Assembly: GCA_963727775.1 (NCBI GenBank)
Contig: CAVSHB010000002.1
Location: 32,001-96,000, forward strand
DNA: 64,000 nucleotides
Source: an uncultured Nitrospiraceae bacterium
GTDB taxonomy: Bacteria; Nitrospirota; Thermodesulfovibrionia; Thermodesulfovibrionales; SM23-35
Direction of reading: 5' to 3'
The notes below the pieces were generated by a model. It was not told the DNA's origin, searched no databases, and saw only the letters and a list, made by a program, of their open reading frames with translations. Of this stretch, positions 10,312 to 20,864 are shown in pieces; within the stretch, counting starts at the first letter, position 1; each line of letters starts with the position of its first letter. Both the position numbers and the translations under genes were made by a program.

Positions 10312-10839
10312 ATGTTTAAGACAATTCATAAGATGAAAGTTGCGGAAGAGAGAGGTTTTACCCTGATTGAGTTGCTCATAGTCGTGGCGATTATCGGGAT
10401 TCTTGCAGCCATAGCAATTCCGGGGTATATCGGCATGCAGGAGAAATCTAAGAAGGGCGCCTTAATCAGATCTGCAACAGCGGTAGGTCCTGAATTACAG
10501 GGGTGGCTTGTAGCCTCTGGGAATCCAAATGGTGTCTTAATTGAAGTTGATTCGAACTTCAATGGAACGATTGACACTGCCGATGTGGCTGATTCCGCTC
10601 TTGTTGGTAAAGTTGCGAATCTATACGTTTCCGGAAAAATTGCTATGACTAAACCCGAAACGTCACCGTGGAACTCTACTCAGAACCTTTGGGTTTATGG
10701 CGGCGCCGCGAGTACACTGCCAAACGTAGCAGCAGTTAATGGGGCAGTAAGTCTCTATGATTTGTCGCCTGGTGTCGGGATCATAGCAATGGACTCTACG
10801 GGCAACGTCGCGTATTCGAAAGTTATAGGCGCTGATTAA
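10312..10839 (+). CDS. pilA: Type IV major pilin
   Basis: G|FTLIELLIVVAIIGILAAIAIP; own sigma54 promoter, strong RBS and terminator. Confidence 0.85.
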   Translation: MFKTIHKMKVAEERGFTLIELLIVVAIIGILAAIAIPGYIGMQEKSKKGALIRSATAVGPELQGWLVASGNPNGVLIEVDSNFNGTIDTADVADSALVGKVANLYVSGKIAMTKPETSPWNSTQNLWVYGGAASTLPNVAAVNGAVSLYDLSPGVGIIAMDSTGNVAYSKVIGAD

Positions 10840-12734
10840 TTTTTACCGGACGGCAGGCGGGGAGGAGTTATCTTTCCCGCCTTTTTTTTTAATGCAAGAT
10901 ATGCTTCTAAGTAGTTGGCAATGGTCTCTTTCGAATCTAGATAGAGTGCGTGTCGGATATATTCCTCAACTGATTCATCAGAAGCCCCTTTCATCAACAG
11001 TGCAAAAGCTAAGGCAGAGTAAAGCTGGTGATGATTCGATATTCCAATCCCACTGACATTCTCCATGCCTATCTCGTCATATATCTTGCCCTTATCGAGG
11101 TTATATTTAGCTATAAGGTCCTTAAATTTCGGTATGTCTCTTACAAATATCATTTCTTTGCCGTCTAAGTAGACGAGCTTCCACTGATCATTTGTGACCA
11201 TTCGGATTGCAAAGGTATATAGCATGCCCGTGTAGACGTTGCATGCCTCATGAACTATTATGTCTATATTATGGGTATCAAGGAGGGTCAACCATCTTTC
11301 TTTCACCGGAAGATGTGCAGGCCTTTTCCCAAGTTTAAATTCGACCCGCCCGTACTCCTTCGGTAAAACGTCACTGATCGCATCTATTAAAGAATATTGA
11401 TCTCCGTTCCATCTCTCCGCGCTTTCTATCGCCTCTGTTTCAACGGTAGTTTTATAGCTAAGCCCCCGAGCATCCACAAAGGTTTTGAATTTAGGGTACA
11501 GCCTGTAGAGAAGGTAGCTTCCAATGTTATAGGAACAGAATATGTTTCCACCCTCCACATTATTAAGCAGAAATTGAGTAGCCCGTTTGGGGTAAAGCCT
11601 TGTCTCGGGCAATTCTTTGAAATATCGAAGACTCCTATACACTGGACGGACGAGAGATCCGCACCAGCACAAAACAAGAATCAACGACACTGCCGCCGCA
11701 AGGAATTTTAGTTTCTTAAGTCTGGTGAAATTTTCAAAGTTGACTATATTAAACCCGTACTGCCCGCTGATGAGAAGCCCAGTTATAACATAAAAAGGTA
11801 AAAACCTTACTGCCGATAATGATATATAAAGGGCAAAGAATATCATTGCCAAATGCGTTAGATCTAACCGCCTGAGATTGAGGACAAGAAGAACAAGGCT
11901 GTATCCCACAATGGCCCAGAAGATAAAATCGTTTTTGTTTACAAAAGGGCCAGCTGTTTCCTTGAGGGGTGGAAGATACTCTCTTATCATATTTGCATAA
12001 TTGTTCATAGTCGCAAGCGTAATGGTGAGGGCTCTGTAAGTGTTTGGATTCAAGTAAGAGACGAGTATGGAGATAAGACCTATCGCTACCAATGGCAAAA
12101 GCTTGTCTTCGGATAACGATCCTGAGTATTTCCGCAAGAAAAAATACTTAACGGCTTCAGATAGGCAATAGATTACTATCGTTATATTGCCGAAAATATA
12201 GCCACCATGCAGATTGGCCCATAAGAGCATTAACAACGGAATAAAAAGAATGGATTTTATGGAAGAAAATTTCTTGAAGTTTTCTAAAAGCGCAATCACT
12301 ACCGCTGCAAAGAAGAAAGAAAAGAGCTGGGGTCTGTCAGTTGCATAATTGAGGAACAGCGTCGCGGCAAGATAAAGGATACCGATTTTTACTAATATCG
12401 GCGTTTCTTTCATGAAATACCATAAGATAACGATAATTCCTGTGAGTAGCAAACTTCTCATCAGAATGATGCTGACGGGCCCTGTCAGTGTAAAGAATAT
12501 ATAAAAAATGACCTGTGCCAACCAATACTGTGATAGGATGAATCTTGCAAACATATCTCCGGCTGCAACGATTGAAAAAGGATCGGTCTTAGGGATTTCC
12601 CCGTGCTGATAGATGTACTCTCCTGTCTTGAGATGCCAGGCGAAATCCCCATCTACAATTGGAGAAATAAAACTGAGGAGAGCTGATATGAAAAAAAGAA
12701 TTGCGATCGTATTTTTTAATTTAGAATTTATCAT
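10836..12734 (-). CDS. Polytopic membrane protein, probable GT-C fold glycosyltransferase
   Basis: Many TM helices, acidic DGDFAWHL motif in first extracytoplasmic loop, RPQLFS, WANLHGG, soluble C-terminal domain. Confidence 0.6.
   Translation of the reverse strand: MINSKLKNTIAILFFISALLSFISPIVDGDFAWHLKTGEYIYQHGEIPKTDPFSIVAAGDMFARFILSQYWLAQVIFYIFFTLTGPVSIILMRSLLLTGIIVILWYFMKETPILVKIGILYLAATLFLNYATDRPQLFSFFFAAVVIALLENFKKFSSIKSILFIPLLMLLWANLHGGYIFGNITIVIYCLSEAVKYFFLRKYSGSLSEDKLLPLVAIGLISILVSYLNPNTYRALTITLATMNNYANMIREYLPPLKETAGPFVNKNDFIFWAIVGYSLVLLVLNLRRLDLTHLAMIFFALYISLSAVRFLPFYVITGLLISGQYGFNIVNFENFTRLKKLKFLAAAVSLILVLCWCGSLVRPVYRSLRYFKELPETRLYPKRATQFLLNNVEGGNIFCSYNIGSYLLYRLYPKFKTFVDARGLSYKTTVETEAIESAERWNGDQYSLIDAISDVLPKEYGRVEFKLGKRPAHLPVKERWLTLLDTHNIDIIVHEACNVYTGMLYTFAIRMVTNDQWKLVYLDGKEMIFVRDIPKFKDLIAKYNLDKGKIYDEIGMENVSGIGISNHHQLYSALAFALLMKGASDESVEEYIRHALYLDSKETIANYLEAYLALKKKAGKITPPRLPSGKN
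10856..10890 (+). terminator. Intrinsic terminator of the pilin gene
   Basis: GGCGGGGAGG...CTTTCCCGCC stem followed by T9; embedded in the 3' end of the convergent gene. Confidence 0.8.
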
Positions 12735-12801
12735 GTTACAATATACAATAAATATAATAATTTACTAAACGACCAAAAGTAAAAGCAGAGGAGAAGAAAC
12801 A

Positions 12802-13263
12802 GTGAAGAGAGAAAAAGGATTTACTTTGGTAGAGTTAATGGTTGTCATTGCTATTATCGGTATTCTCGCTACAATCGCGATACCGATGTATACCGGCAGT
12901 CTATTAAAATCCACGCGAACAGAGGCATACTCCAATCTCCAGAACTTGAGGCTCCTCGAGGAGCAGTTTTATGCAGACAATGCCAGATATACTGTCAGCT
13001 TAGGTACATGTGCAAAAGATAATCCCGGGAATGTGCAACAAATATATCAGGGAGGCGCTGTTGCTGATCCTACAAATGCTCTTACCGGATTCAAGCCGGG
13101 GCCGGGAAACACATTGAATTTTAGTTACTGCATTGAGCAAAATATTGTCCTTGCCGGCGGTGCTCAGACACCGTGCTTTAGAGCTTCTGCGTTTGGCAAC
13201 ACAGGCTCAAGGGTAAATGGTGATAAATTTCAAATAGACTGCACTAACAACAGAAACTTTTAA
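12802..13263 (+). CDS. Type IV pilin-like protein (minor pilin, PilE-like)
   Basis: G|FTLVELMVVIAIIGILATIAIPMY, EEQFYADN, four Cys; GTG start with GAGGAG RBS. Confidence 0.85.
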   Translation: MKREKGFTLVELMVVIAIIGILATIAIPMYTGSLLKSTRTEAYSNLQNLRLLEEQFYADNARYTVSLGTCAKDNPGNVQQIYQGGAVADPTNALTGFKPGPGNTLNFSYCIEQNIVLAGGAQTPCFRASAFGNTGSRVNGDKFQIDCTNNRNF

Positions 13264-13296
13264 CCTTCGCTCTGACCCACTGGAATACTTATAATA

Positions 13297-14019
13297 TTAC
13301 TTTTTCCTTGCAATACCGACCAGTGAGGTCCCGATAGGTAATGGAACGCCCTTTGAAATAACTCTTTCTATCTCAAAAAGCCCGGAAAGCAGCATGTTTG
13401 TAATTTTATTTATTTTAAAGAGGTCGTTGCCTTTTTTGCCTTTGCCGCGCATGTATTTCATGGGCAGATAAAGCGACATAAATAAATAATCTGTTATCAG
13501 TGTATTCAAGTGTAATTCCATGAAAATTTTTCTTAATCCTTCCTTTGCATATCTCCTTTTATGCAAGGAAATCTCGTCAAACCAACTCCATAGCTCTTCC
13601 CTTGCAGGAACTGTTATTACGACAATACCTTTGTCCTTAACCACCCTAACAGCCTCTTGGAGCAGAGTGATTTCATCTTCAAAGTGTTCAATCACGTCGA
13701 AGAGCCCAATTACATCGAAGCTGTTGTCTTCAAACGGAAGGCCATTGGCATCACCTTGAATTATTTGAAAACTGGGCCAAGCTCTGCTAATTGCTTCAGA
13801 ATAATACTCGCATCCAGTAACCTGATAACCTTTTCTTGCCAGGAAACTGCTCACATTGCCTGTACCGCAACCAATCTCAAGGATTTTTGCCGGCGGGAGG
13901 ACGAACTTCTTGATTCGATCAAAAATCCATTTTCTACGAATGCGAAACCAAAAATGTTTTTCTTCAACATTTCTCAGTCGATCAAAAAAAGAAGGATTAT
14001 ATGTATCAATCTGTGTCAT
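13297..14019 (-). CDS. Class I SAM-dependent methyltransferase
   Basis: LEIGCGTG motif I, LPFEDNSFD, DVIEH, ITVPA. Confidence 0.88.
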   Translation of the reverse strand: MTQIDTYNPSFFDRLRNVEEKHFWFRIRRKWIFDRIKKFVLPPAKILEIGCGTGNVSSFLARKGYQVTGCEYYSEAISRAWPSFQIIQGDANGLPFEDNSFDVIGLFDVIEHFEDEITLLQEAVRVVKDKGIVVITVPAREELWSWFDEISLHKRRYAKEGLRKIFMELHLNTLITDYLFMSLYLPMKYMRGKGKKGNDLFKINKITNMLLSGLFEIERVISKGVPLPIGTSLVGIARKK

Positions 14020-14048
14020 AGATATAGCAGTAAAAATATGTCCGGCAC

Positions 14049-14762
14049 CTACAAAATCTTTCCGAAAATCATATCGTATTCTTTAACAAAAAAGCCTATC
14101 TTGATATAGAAATTTAGCGCCTCAAGATTCTTTAACTGTGTCCTCACGGTAACTAATGAAATTTTTTGACTCCTAAACCATTCCATCGCCTTTTTTATGA
14201 GAGCTGTCCCGAAACCTTTGCCTCTAAGACCTTTCTTTATGCCGATAAGGACAATCGAGCCAGAATTTTTCTCCGATTTTCTGCACGTGATAAATCCCGT
14301 TTGAGGAATCCAATAAGTTATGTCAGCAGCCTGTCCTTCCACTGAATTTTCTACCCATACTTGATATAGTCTTTCTGCCATTGCTTTCGAAAAAAATGGG
14401 TCGCTATAAAATCGGCTTTCGATAAAAAGTGATTTGATCATTCTCTTTAGCGTGGAAATATCTTGGGTATACGCAGGCCTTACAGTCTTCGTGACGGTCA
14501 AATCTTCTAAATTCCTCTGAAAAAACATATCGGTTTTTGTTACTAATGTTACGCCGATGTCTGTCAGGTAAAATCCAGATGATTCCAGAAGCCTGTTTAA
14601 CGAAGTATTCTGAGCTCTCATCTTACAGGTAATATAATCGAATCTATTCTCCTTTGCCTTATTAAGAACTTCTTTCAAATAGGATGGTTTTTGAGAAACC
14701 ATAATGAATTCACCTATTTTCTTTTTGAAAAGAGTACTATCCCATAGTAATTCTTTAATCAT
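14049..14762 (-). CDS. GNAT acetyltransferase, WecD/RffC-like (dTDP-amino-sugar N-acetyltransferase)
   Basis: LWDSTLF N-terminus, SRFYSDP, LYQVW, RGKGFG acetyl-CoA motif, ALNFY. Confidence 0.75.
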   Translation of the reverse strand: MIKELLWDSTLFKKKIGEFIMVSQKPSYLKEVLNKAKENRFDYITCKMRAQNTSLNRLLESSGFYLTDIGVTLVTKTDMFFQRNLEDLTVTKTVRPAYTQDISTLKRMIKSLFIESRFYSDPFFSKAMAERLYQVWVENSVEGQAADITYWIPQTGFITCRKSEKNSGSIVLIGIKKGLRGKGFGTALIKKAMEWFRSQKISLVTVRTQLKNLEALNFYIKIGFFVKEYDMIFGKIL

Positions 14763-14767
14763 GAAAA

Positions 14768-15733
14768 TTAAAAAAGAGATTCCTTTAGAATATAAAGCGG
14801 CCTTCTCTGAACTTCTTGATAAGTTCTTCCAAGATATTCGCCGAATAGCCCAAGAACAAGTAATTGTACTCCACCAACAAAGAAGATTGAAATAATGATC
14901 GATGCATACCCTAAAACCGGGATACCAAAAAATATTTTCTGATAAATAAATAATATTCCTATAATAAAGCTGATAAAAGCACTTACAAAACCCATATATA
15001 TGGCGAGTTTTAAAGGTACGGTTGAGAAAGATGTGACTGCATGAAATGCAAGCCTGAACATTTTGGGAATATTATATTTGCTTTTTCCTCTAGTCCTCGG
15101 ATTATGTTGGATTTCTAATGTGGTTGTTTTGAACCCCGCCCATGCTATAAGTCCATGAATAAACCGCGCTTGTTCTCTCATCTCCTTTAATATATTAACA
15201 AGCCTTTTACTTAATATCCTTAACATAGTCTGTCCCTGAGGAATATCAACACCTGAAAATTTTCGCAATATCCACCAGAATGCATATGAAGTCACTCTCT
15301 TGAGAAAAGAGTCTCTTCTGTGTTGTCTTATTCCGTAAACTACATCATAACCTTCCTTAAATTTTTCGAAAAGTTTCGGTATTTCCTCGGGCGGATCCTG
15401 AAGATCACCATCCATCAGGATTATGGCTTTGCCTCTTGCGTAATCAAGTCCGGCAGTAATTGCTAAGTGGTGCCCGAAGTTTCTCGAAAAGCTTATCCCT
15501 TTTACTCTTTGGTCTTCTTTATTGAGTTCTTTGATCGAATGCCAAGAATGATCCTTACTGCCGTCATCTACCATGATGACTTCATAGCTATCCATAGGAT
15601 ACTTCAAGTTGTAACATAATCCTTCCATTACGCCGGTCAATCTTTTATATAATTCCGAGATATTCTCCTCCTCGTTATATATTGGGATAACAATTGAAAA
15701 TTCGAGAGATGAGTCTTGTGCTTTATTTGTCAT
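14768..15733 (-). CDS. GT2 polyprenyl-phosphate glycosyltransferase (GtrB/ArnC-like)
   Basis: IPIYNEE, DDGS, SRNFGH, MDGDLQDPP, two C-terminal TMs, GEYLGR..RPLY. Confidence 0.9.
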   Translation of the reverse strand: MTNKAQDSSLEFSIVIPIYNEEENISELYKRLTGVMEGLCYNLKYPMDSYEVIMVDDGSKDHSWHSIKELNKEDQRVKGISFSRNFGHHLAITAGLDYARGKAIILMDGDLQDPPEEIPKLFEKFKEGYDVVYGIRQHRRDSFLKRVTSYAFWWILRKFSGVDIPQGQTMLRILSKRLVNILKEMREQARFIHGLIAWAGFKTTTLEIQHNPRTRGKSKYNIPKMFRLAFHAVTSFSTVPLKLAIYMGFVSAFISFIIGILFIYQKIFFGIPVLGYASIIISIFFVGGVQLLVLGLFGEYLGRTYQEVQRRPLYILKESLF

Positions 15734-15788
15734 TTTGTATGAATATATGAATTGATGCTATTTATAAAATTATTTTATAATATTTGAA

Positions 15789-16919
15789 TTGAAAAAAATA
15801 GAGTTTTTCCAACACAATATTGATAATAAAGATATTGAGAGGGTTTGCCGGGTTCTTAAGTCAATATTTCTTACAACCGGCAAAGAAGTTGAGGAATTTG
15901 AGCATAAATTTTCTCATTATATCAATCTTCAACACACCATAGGCCTTACCAGTTGTACTGCTGCCCTCCATCTGAGCTTACTTTCGCTTGAAATCGGCCC
16001 AGGAGATGAGGTTATTACAACGCCGATGAGTTTTTGCGCAACAGCCAATGCTATTCTGCACGCAGGAGCAAAGCCTGTATTTGTAGATGTTGAAGAAGAA
16101 ACCGGAAATCTAAACGCAGATCTTATCGAACCGGCCATAACAAAGAATACAAAGGCAATTATACCCGTGCATCTTTACGGTCAGATGTGCGATATGAAAA
16201 AAATAAAAGCTTTGGCGGTAAAATATAATTTAAAGATTATTGAGGATGCCGCTCATGCCATCGAAGCTTCAAGAGATAATGTACGGGTCGGGGAACTCGC
16301 CGACACAGTTTGCTTCAGTTTTTATGCTACAAAGAATATTACATCAGGGGAAGGCGGGGCAATAAGCAGTAACGATAAAAAATTGGCCGGTACACTCAAG
16401 ATGTTAAGACTTCACGGCATAGACAAAGGTGCTTCGGATAGATATACAAAGAGATACAAACATTGGGACATGCCTTTGCTCGGATGGAAATATAATATGG
16501 ATAATATTCAAGCAGCCCTCCTTATTGGTCAACTTGAGCGTATTGAGGATATGTGGCAAAGAAGAGACAAGCTATGGAAGTTTTACATTCAGGAGTTGAA
16601 ATCCGTCAAAGGCGTAAGCCCCATAAAAACTCTTAAATTTGTAAAACATGCCCGACACCTTTTTACTTTACTGGTTCCCCAGCGTAAGAGAGATATATTG
16701 CTTTGGTCACTTCAGGAGCGCGGAATTGGTATAGCCGTTAATTATAAGCCTATTCACCTTTTGGCCTACTATAAAAAACGGTTTGGATATCGAGAAGGCG
16801 CTTATCCTGTGGCTGAAGAAATCGGGGCAAGAACTATATCTCTTCCTCTATATCCTTTGTTGAAGGAGATGGAGATCAAGTATATAATTCGGAAATTAAA
16901 AGAACAAATCGATAATTAA
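15789..16919 (+). CDS. DegT/DnrJ/EryC1/StrS PLP-dependent sugar aminotransferase
   Basis: SCTAALHL, PVHLYG, IEDAAHA, SFYATKNITSGEGG. Confidence 0.93.
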   Translation: MKKIEFFQHNIDNKDIERVCRVLKSIFLTTGKEVEEFEHKFSHYINLQHTIGLTSCTAALHLSLLSLEIGPGDEVITTPMSFCATANAILHAGAKPVFVDVEEETGNLNADLIEPAITKNTKAIIPVHLYGQMCDMKKIKALAVKYNLKIIEDAAHAIEASRDNVRVGELADTVCFSFYATKNITSGEGGAISSNDKKLAGTLKMLRLHGIDKGASDRYTKRYKHWDMPLLGWKYNMDNIQAALLIGQLERIEDMWQRRDKLWKFYIQELKSVKGVSPIKTLKFVKHARHLFTLLVPQRKRDILLWSLQERGIGIAVNYKPIHLLAYYKKRFGYREGAYPVAEEIGARTISLPLYPLLKEMEIKYIIRKLKEQIDN

Positions 16920-16935
16920 AATTTAGGGGGGCTTT

Positions 16936-17964
16936 ATGAAGACTATCTTGGTCACAGGTGGCGCCGGTTTTATTGGAAGTAACTTTGTTGATTACATTTT
17001 CAGAAAATACACTGATTACAGAATACTTGTTCTCGATCTCCTTACGTATGCAGGTGACATAGAGAATATTCCTAAAGATGTGAGGAACTCAGACAGGTTT
17101 GAGTTTTGGTATGGTGATCTAAACAACCTTGATTTGGTAAGCGATCTTGTCGCCAAGTCCGACATAGTTGTACACTTTGCGGCAGAGACTCATGTGGCCC
17201 GTTCCCTTTACTCTCATAGAGTCTTTTTTGTCACAGATGTCCTTGGCACTCAGTCGGTTGCAAATGCAGTGCTTAAACATTCTGATAGAATAGATAGATT
17301 CATACACATATCCACTTCAGAGGTATATGGCACTGCACTGTATGAACCGATGGATGAAAATCACCCTCTTAATCCCACAAGCCCATATGCAGCAGCAAAA
17401 GCAGGCGCAGACAGATTAGTATATTCATATATACTTGCCCACGATTTACCCGGTGTAATCATAAGGCCGTTTAATAACTACGGTCCCAGGCAGCATCTTG
17501 AGAAAGTTATCCCGCGATTCATTACGAGTTGCATCCTTGGAGAGCCCCTGACAATCCATGGGGATGGCTCTGCGTCAAGAGACTGGGTTTACACTTCAGA
17601 CACCCTCAAGGCAGTGGATTTGGCCATCCATGTTTCTCTGAGTAAGGTGAGAGGAGAAGTATTTAATATCGGCACAGGAAAAAGTTACACAGTGCTTCAA
17701 ATTGCCCATGAATTACTTAACGTCTTTGGCCTACACGAACACGATCTTTATTTTATGGAAGACCGCTATGGACAGGTTCAGAAGCACATTGCATCTTATG
17801 AAAAGGCTAAAAAGATACTGGGCTTTGTCCCCGAAATAAGCTTTGAAGAGGGACTTAAACATACTATTCACTGGTATAAAGAGAATAGTGGACTTTGGGA
17901 AAAACAGATACCGTTGAGACGCGTACCTATAAAGGCAAAAGATGGTTCAATAACCTGGTATTAA
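16936..17964 (+). CDS. rfbB: dTDP-glucose 4,6-dehydratase-like NDP-sugar dehydratase
   Basis: VTGGAGFIGS, HFAAETHV, STSEVYG, YAAAK, NNYGPRQ. Confidence 0.85.
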   Translation: MKTILVTGGAGFIGSNFVDYIFRKYTDYRILVLDLLTYAGDIENIPKDVRNSDRFEFWYGDLNNLDLVSDLVAKSDIVVHFAAETHVARSLYSHRVFFVTDVLGTQSVANAVLKHSDRIDRFIHISTSEVYGTALYEPMDENHPLNPTSPYAAAKAGADRLVYSYILAHDLPGVIIRPFNNYGPRQHLEKVIPRFITSCILGEPLTIHGDGSASRDWVYTSDTLKAVDLAIHVSLSKVRGEVFNIGTGKSYTVLQIAHELLNVFGLHEHDLYFMEDRYGQVQKHIASYEKAKKILGFVPEISFEEGLKHTIHWYKENSGLWEKQIPLRRVPIKAKDGSITWY

Positions 17965-18105
17965 TAATATCATTATTCAAAATCCACAAATCAAAAAATA
18001 CAACTTGAAAAATATTTTAAAAAATTTCTTGACAACATGCCGGTTTTTTCGGTATCTTTTTAATTCTAATAAGTAAATACGGTAGCATAGAAGGGGGGTA
18101 GAGAA

Positions 18106-18528
18106 TTGTATGCTTTAGGAACTCATTTATTAATAGAATTGCGGGAGTGCAATCCCGAGATTCTGAAGAGCCTTGATAAGGTCAGAAATGCATTGGTCTC
18201 GGCCGCCAAAGAGGCCAAAGCAACTATAGTAGACGTTTCCTTCCACGAATTTAATCCCTTTGGCATCAGCGGAGTTGTTGTCATAGCGGAATCCCATCTA
18301 ACGATTCATACATGGCCCGAATATGCTTATGCAGCCGTTGATATCTTTACCTGCGGAGATATTATAAAACCGGAAACAGCCGCCTCGTATCTAATAGACC
18401 AATTTGAATGCAAGAGTCCCTCTGTTGTCGAGATGAAGAGAGGAATTATTTCTCACGGAGACCAGAAGCTGCCCCATAAGGTTTCTTCTGCCTCCGAGAC
18501 TAATTTTTATCAGACAATAACCAGTTAG
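18106..18528 (+). CDS. speD: S-adenosylmethionine decarboxylase proenzyme
   Basis: IAE|SHLTIHTWPE autocleavage motif, DIFTCG. Confidence 0.92.
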   Translation: MYALGTHLLIELRECNPEILKSLDKVRNALVSAAKEAKATIVDVSFHEFNPFGISGVVVIAESHLTIHTWPEYAYAAVDIFTCGDIIKPETAASYLIDQFECKSPSVVEMKRGIISHGDQKLPHKVSSASETNFYQTITS

Positions 18529-18544
18529 GATTGACGGCATTTCG

Positions 18545-19777
18545 TCAATCTACCCGATTTGTTAAGGCCGCAATCCCGGGGAGTTCTTTGCCTTCGAGAA
18601 GCTGAAGAGAGGCCCCGCCGCCGGTTGATATGAATGATATCGAGTCGGAGACACCGGCTCTATGCACAGCGAGGTCGGTATCCCCGCCGCCGACAATTGT
18701 GAGGGCGTAGGCATCCGAGACCGCGCGGGCTATATCAAAGGTTCCCCTCGAGAATATATCCATCTCGAACATGCCCATCGGGCCGTTCCACAAAATTGTC
18801 TTTGCATCCTGCAATGCAACGGTAAAAAGCTTGACAGAAGCAGGCCCGATATCAAGGGCCTTCCATCCCTTTGGGATCTCCTGAGTCGGTACGATCTTGA
18901 TTACTGCGCCGGGTTCGGTATTCTGAGCAATCACACAATCTACAGGCAAATAAAACTTTATCCCGTTTTCTATCAGCTTCTTTCTTATCCTCTCTGCTGT
19001 CTCCAGCATGCCGTCCTCAACCAGAGAGTCGCCAATTTCGTTCCCCATCGCCTTTATAAAAGTAAAGGCCATACCTCCTCCGACTAAGACTTTATCGACG
19101 TGGCCCACAAGGTGCTCAAGAACACCGATCTTTCCGGAAACCTTTGCCCCTCCGAGGATTGCAATGAAAGGTTTGACTGGATTATCTATTGCCCCTTTCA
19201 GATATTCTATTTCTTTCTTCAACAGTAACCCTGCTGCAGAGGGAAGAAATTTGGTAATACCGACGGTAGATGCATGGGCCCTATGCGCCGCCCCAAAGGC
19301 ATCATTCACATAGACATCCGCCAGTTTCGCTAAAGCACGTGCAAAATCCTCATCGTTGTTCTCTTCCCCGGGGTGATACCTCAGGTTTTCGAGGAGAATC
19401 ACATCTCCCTCATTCATTTTTGAGACAATATTTTCGACCTGGCTCCCGACACAATCAGGCGCAAAGGTGACCTCTTTATTGAGAAGCCTCTGAAGTCTTT
19501 TCGCCACAGGGGCAAGGCTGTATCTGGGGTCTACCTTTCCCTTCGGCCTTCCGAGATGTGAAGAGAGTATGACTTTTGCTCCTTCGTCAATGGCATAGTT
19601 TATGGTGGGGAGTGTCGATCGTATCCTTCTGTCATCGGTGATCATCAGATTATCGTCGAGAGGAACATTAAAATCCGCTCTGATAAAAACCCTTTTCCCT
19701 TTGATCTCAAGGTCCTCTATGGTGAGCTTATTAAATACACCTTTAGCCAGCATAGGGTCTATGTCCTTCTTTTTCAT
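18545..19777 (-). CDS. pgk: Phosphoglycerate kinase
   Basis: RADFNVP, SHLGRP, LENLR, GGAKVS, WNGPMG, STGGGASL; start moved to ATG 19777 after gap stop. Confidence 0.96.
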   Translation of the reverse strand: MKKKDIDPMLAKGVFNKLTIEDLEIKGKRVFIRADFNVPLDDNLMITDDRRIRSTLPTINYAIDEGAKVILSSHLGRPKGKVDPRYSLAPVAKRLQRLLNKEVTFAPDCVGSQVENIVSKMNEGDVILLENLRYHPGEENNDEDFARALAKLADVYVNDAFGAAHRAHASTVGITKFLPSAAGLLLKKEIEYLKGAIDNPVKPFIAILGGAKVSGKIGVLEHLVGHVDKVLVGGGMAFTFIKAMGNEIGDSLVEDGMLETAERIRKKLIENGIKFYLPVDCVIAQNTEPGAVIKIVPTQEIPKGWKALDIGPASVKLFTVALQDAKTILWNGPMGMFEMDIFSRGTFDIARAVSDAYALTIVGGGDTDLAVHRAGVSDSISFISTGGGASLQLLEGKELPGIAALTNRVD

Positions 19778-19779
19778 CG

Positions 19780-20811
<1,032 letters not shown>

Positions 20812-20864
20812 TTATAACGGAAAAGTTTAAAAATACGAAATTTGCCTGGGTGATATGTCAGACG

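Noticed and set aside
10312..10839. Electrically conductive (e-pilin) type pilin
   Set aside because: Mature pilin is full length (~160 aa) with only about 10 aromatic residues and long aromatic-free gaps, unlike short aromatic-dense Geobacter pilins
15762..15780. Palindrome TTATAAAAT-T-ATTTTATAA between the divergent GT2 and DegT genes
   Set aside because: Pure A/T in a very AT-rich spacer; could be chance or simply back-to-back -10 boxes
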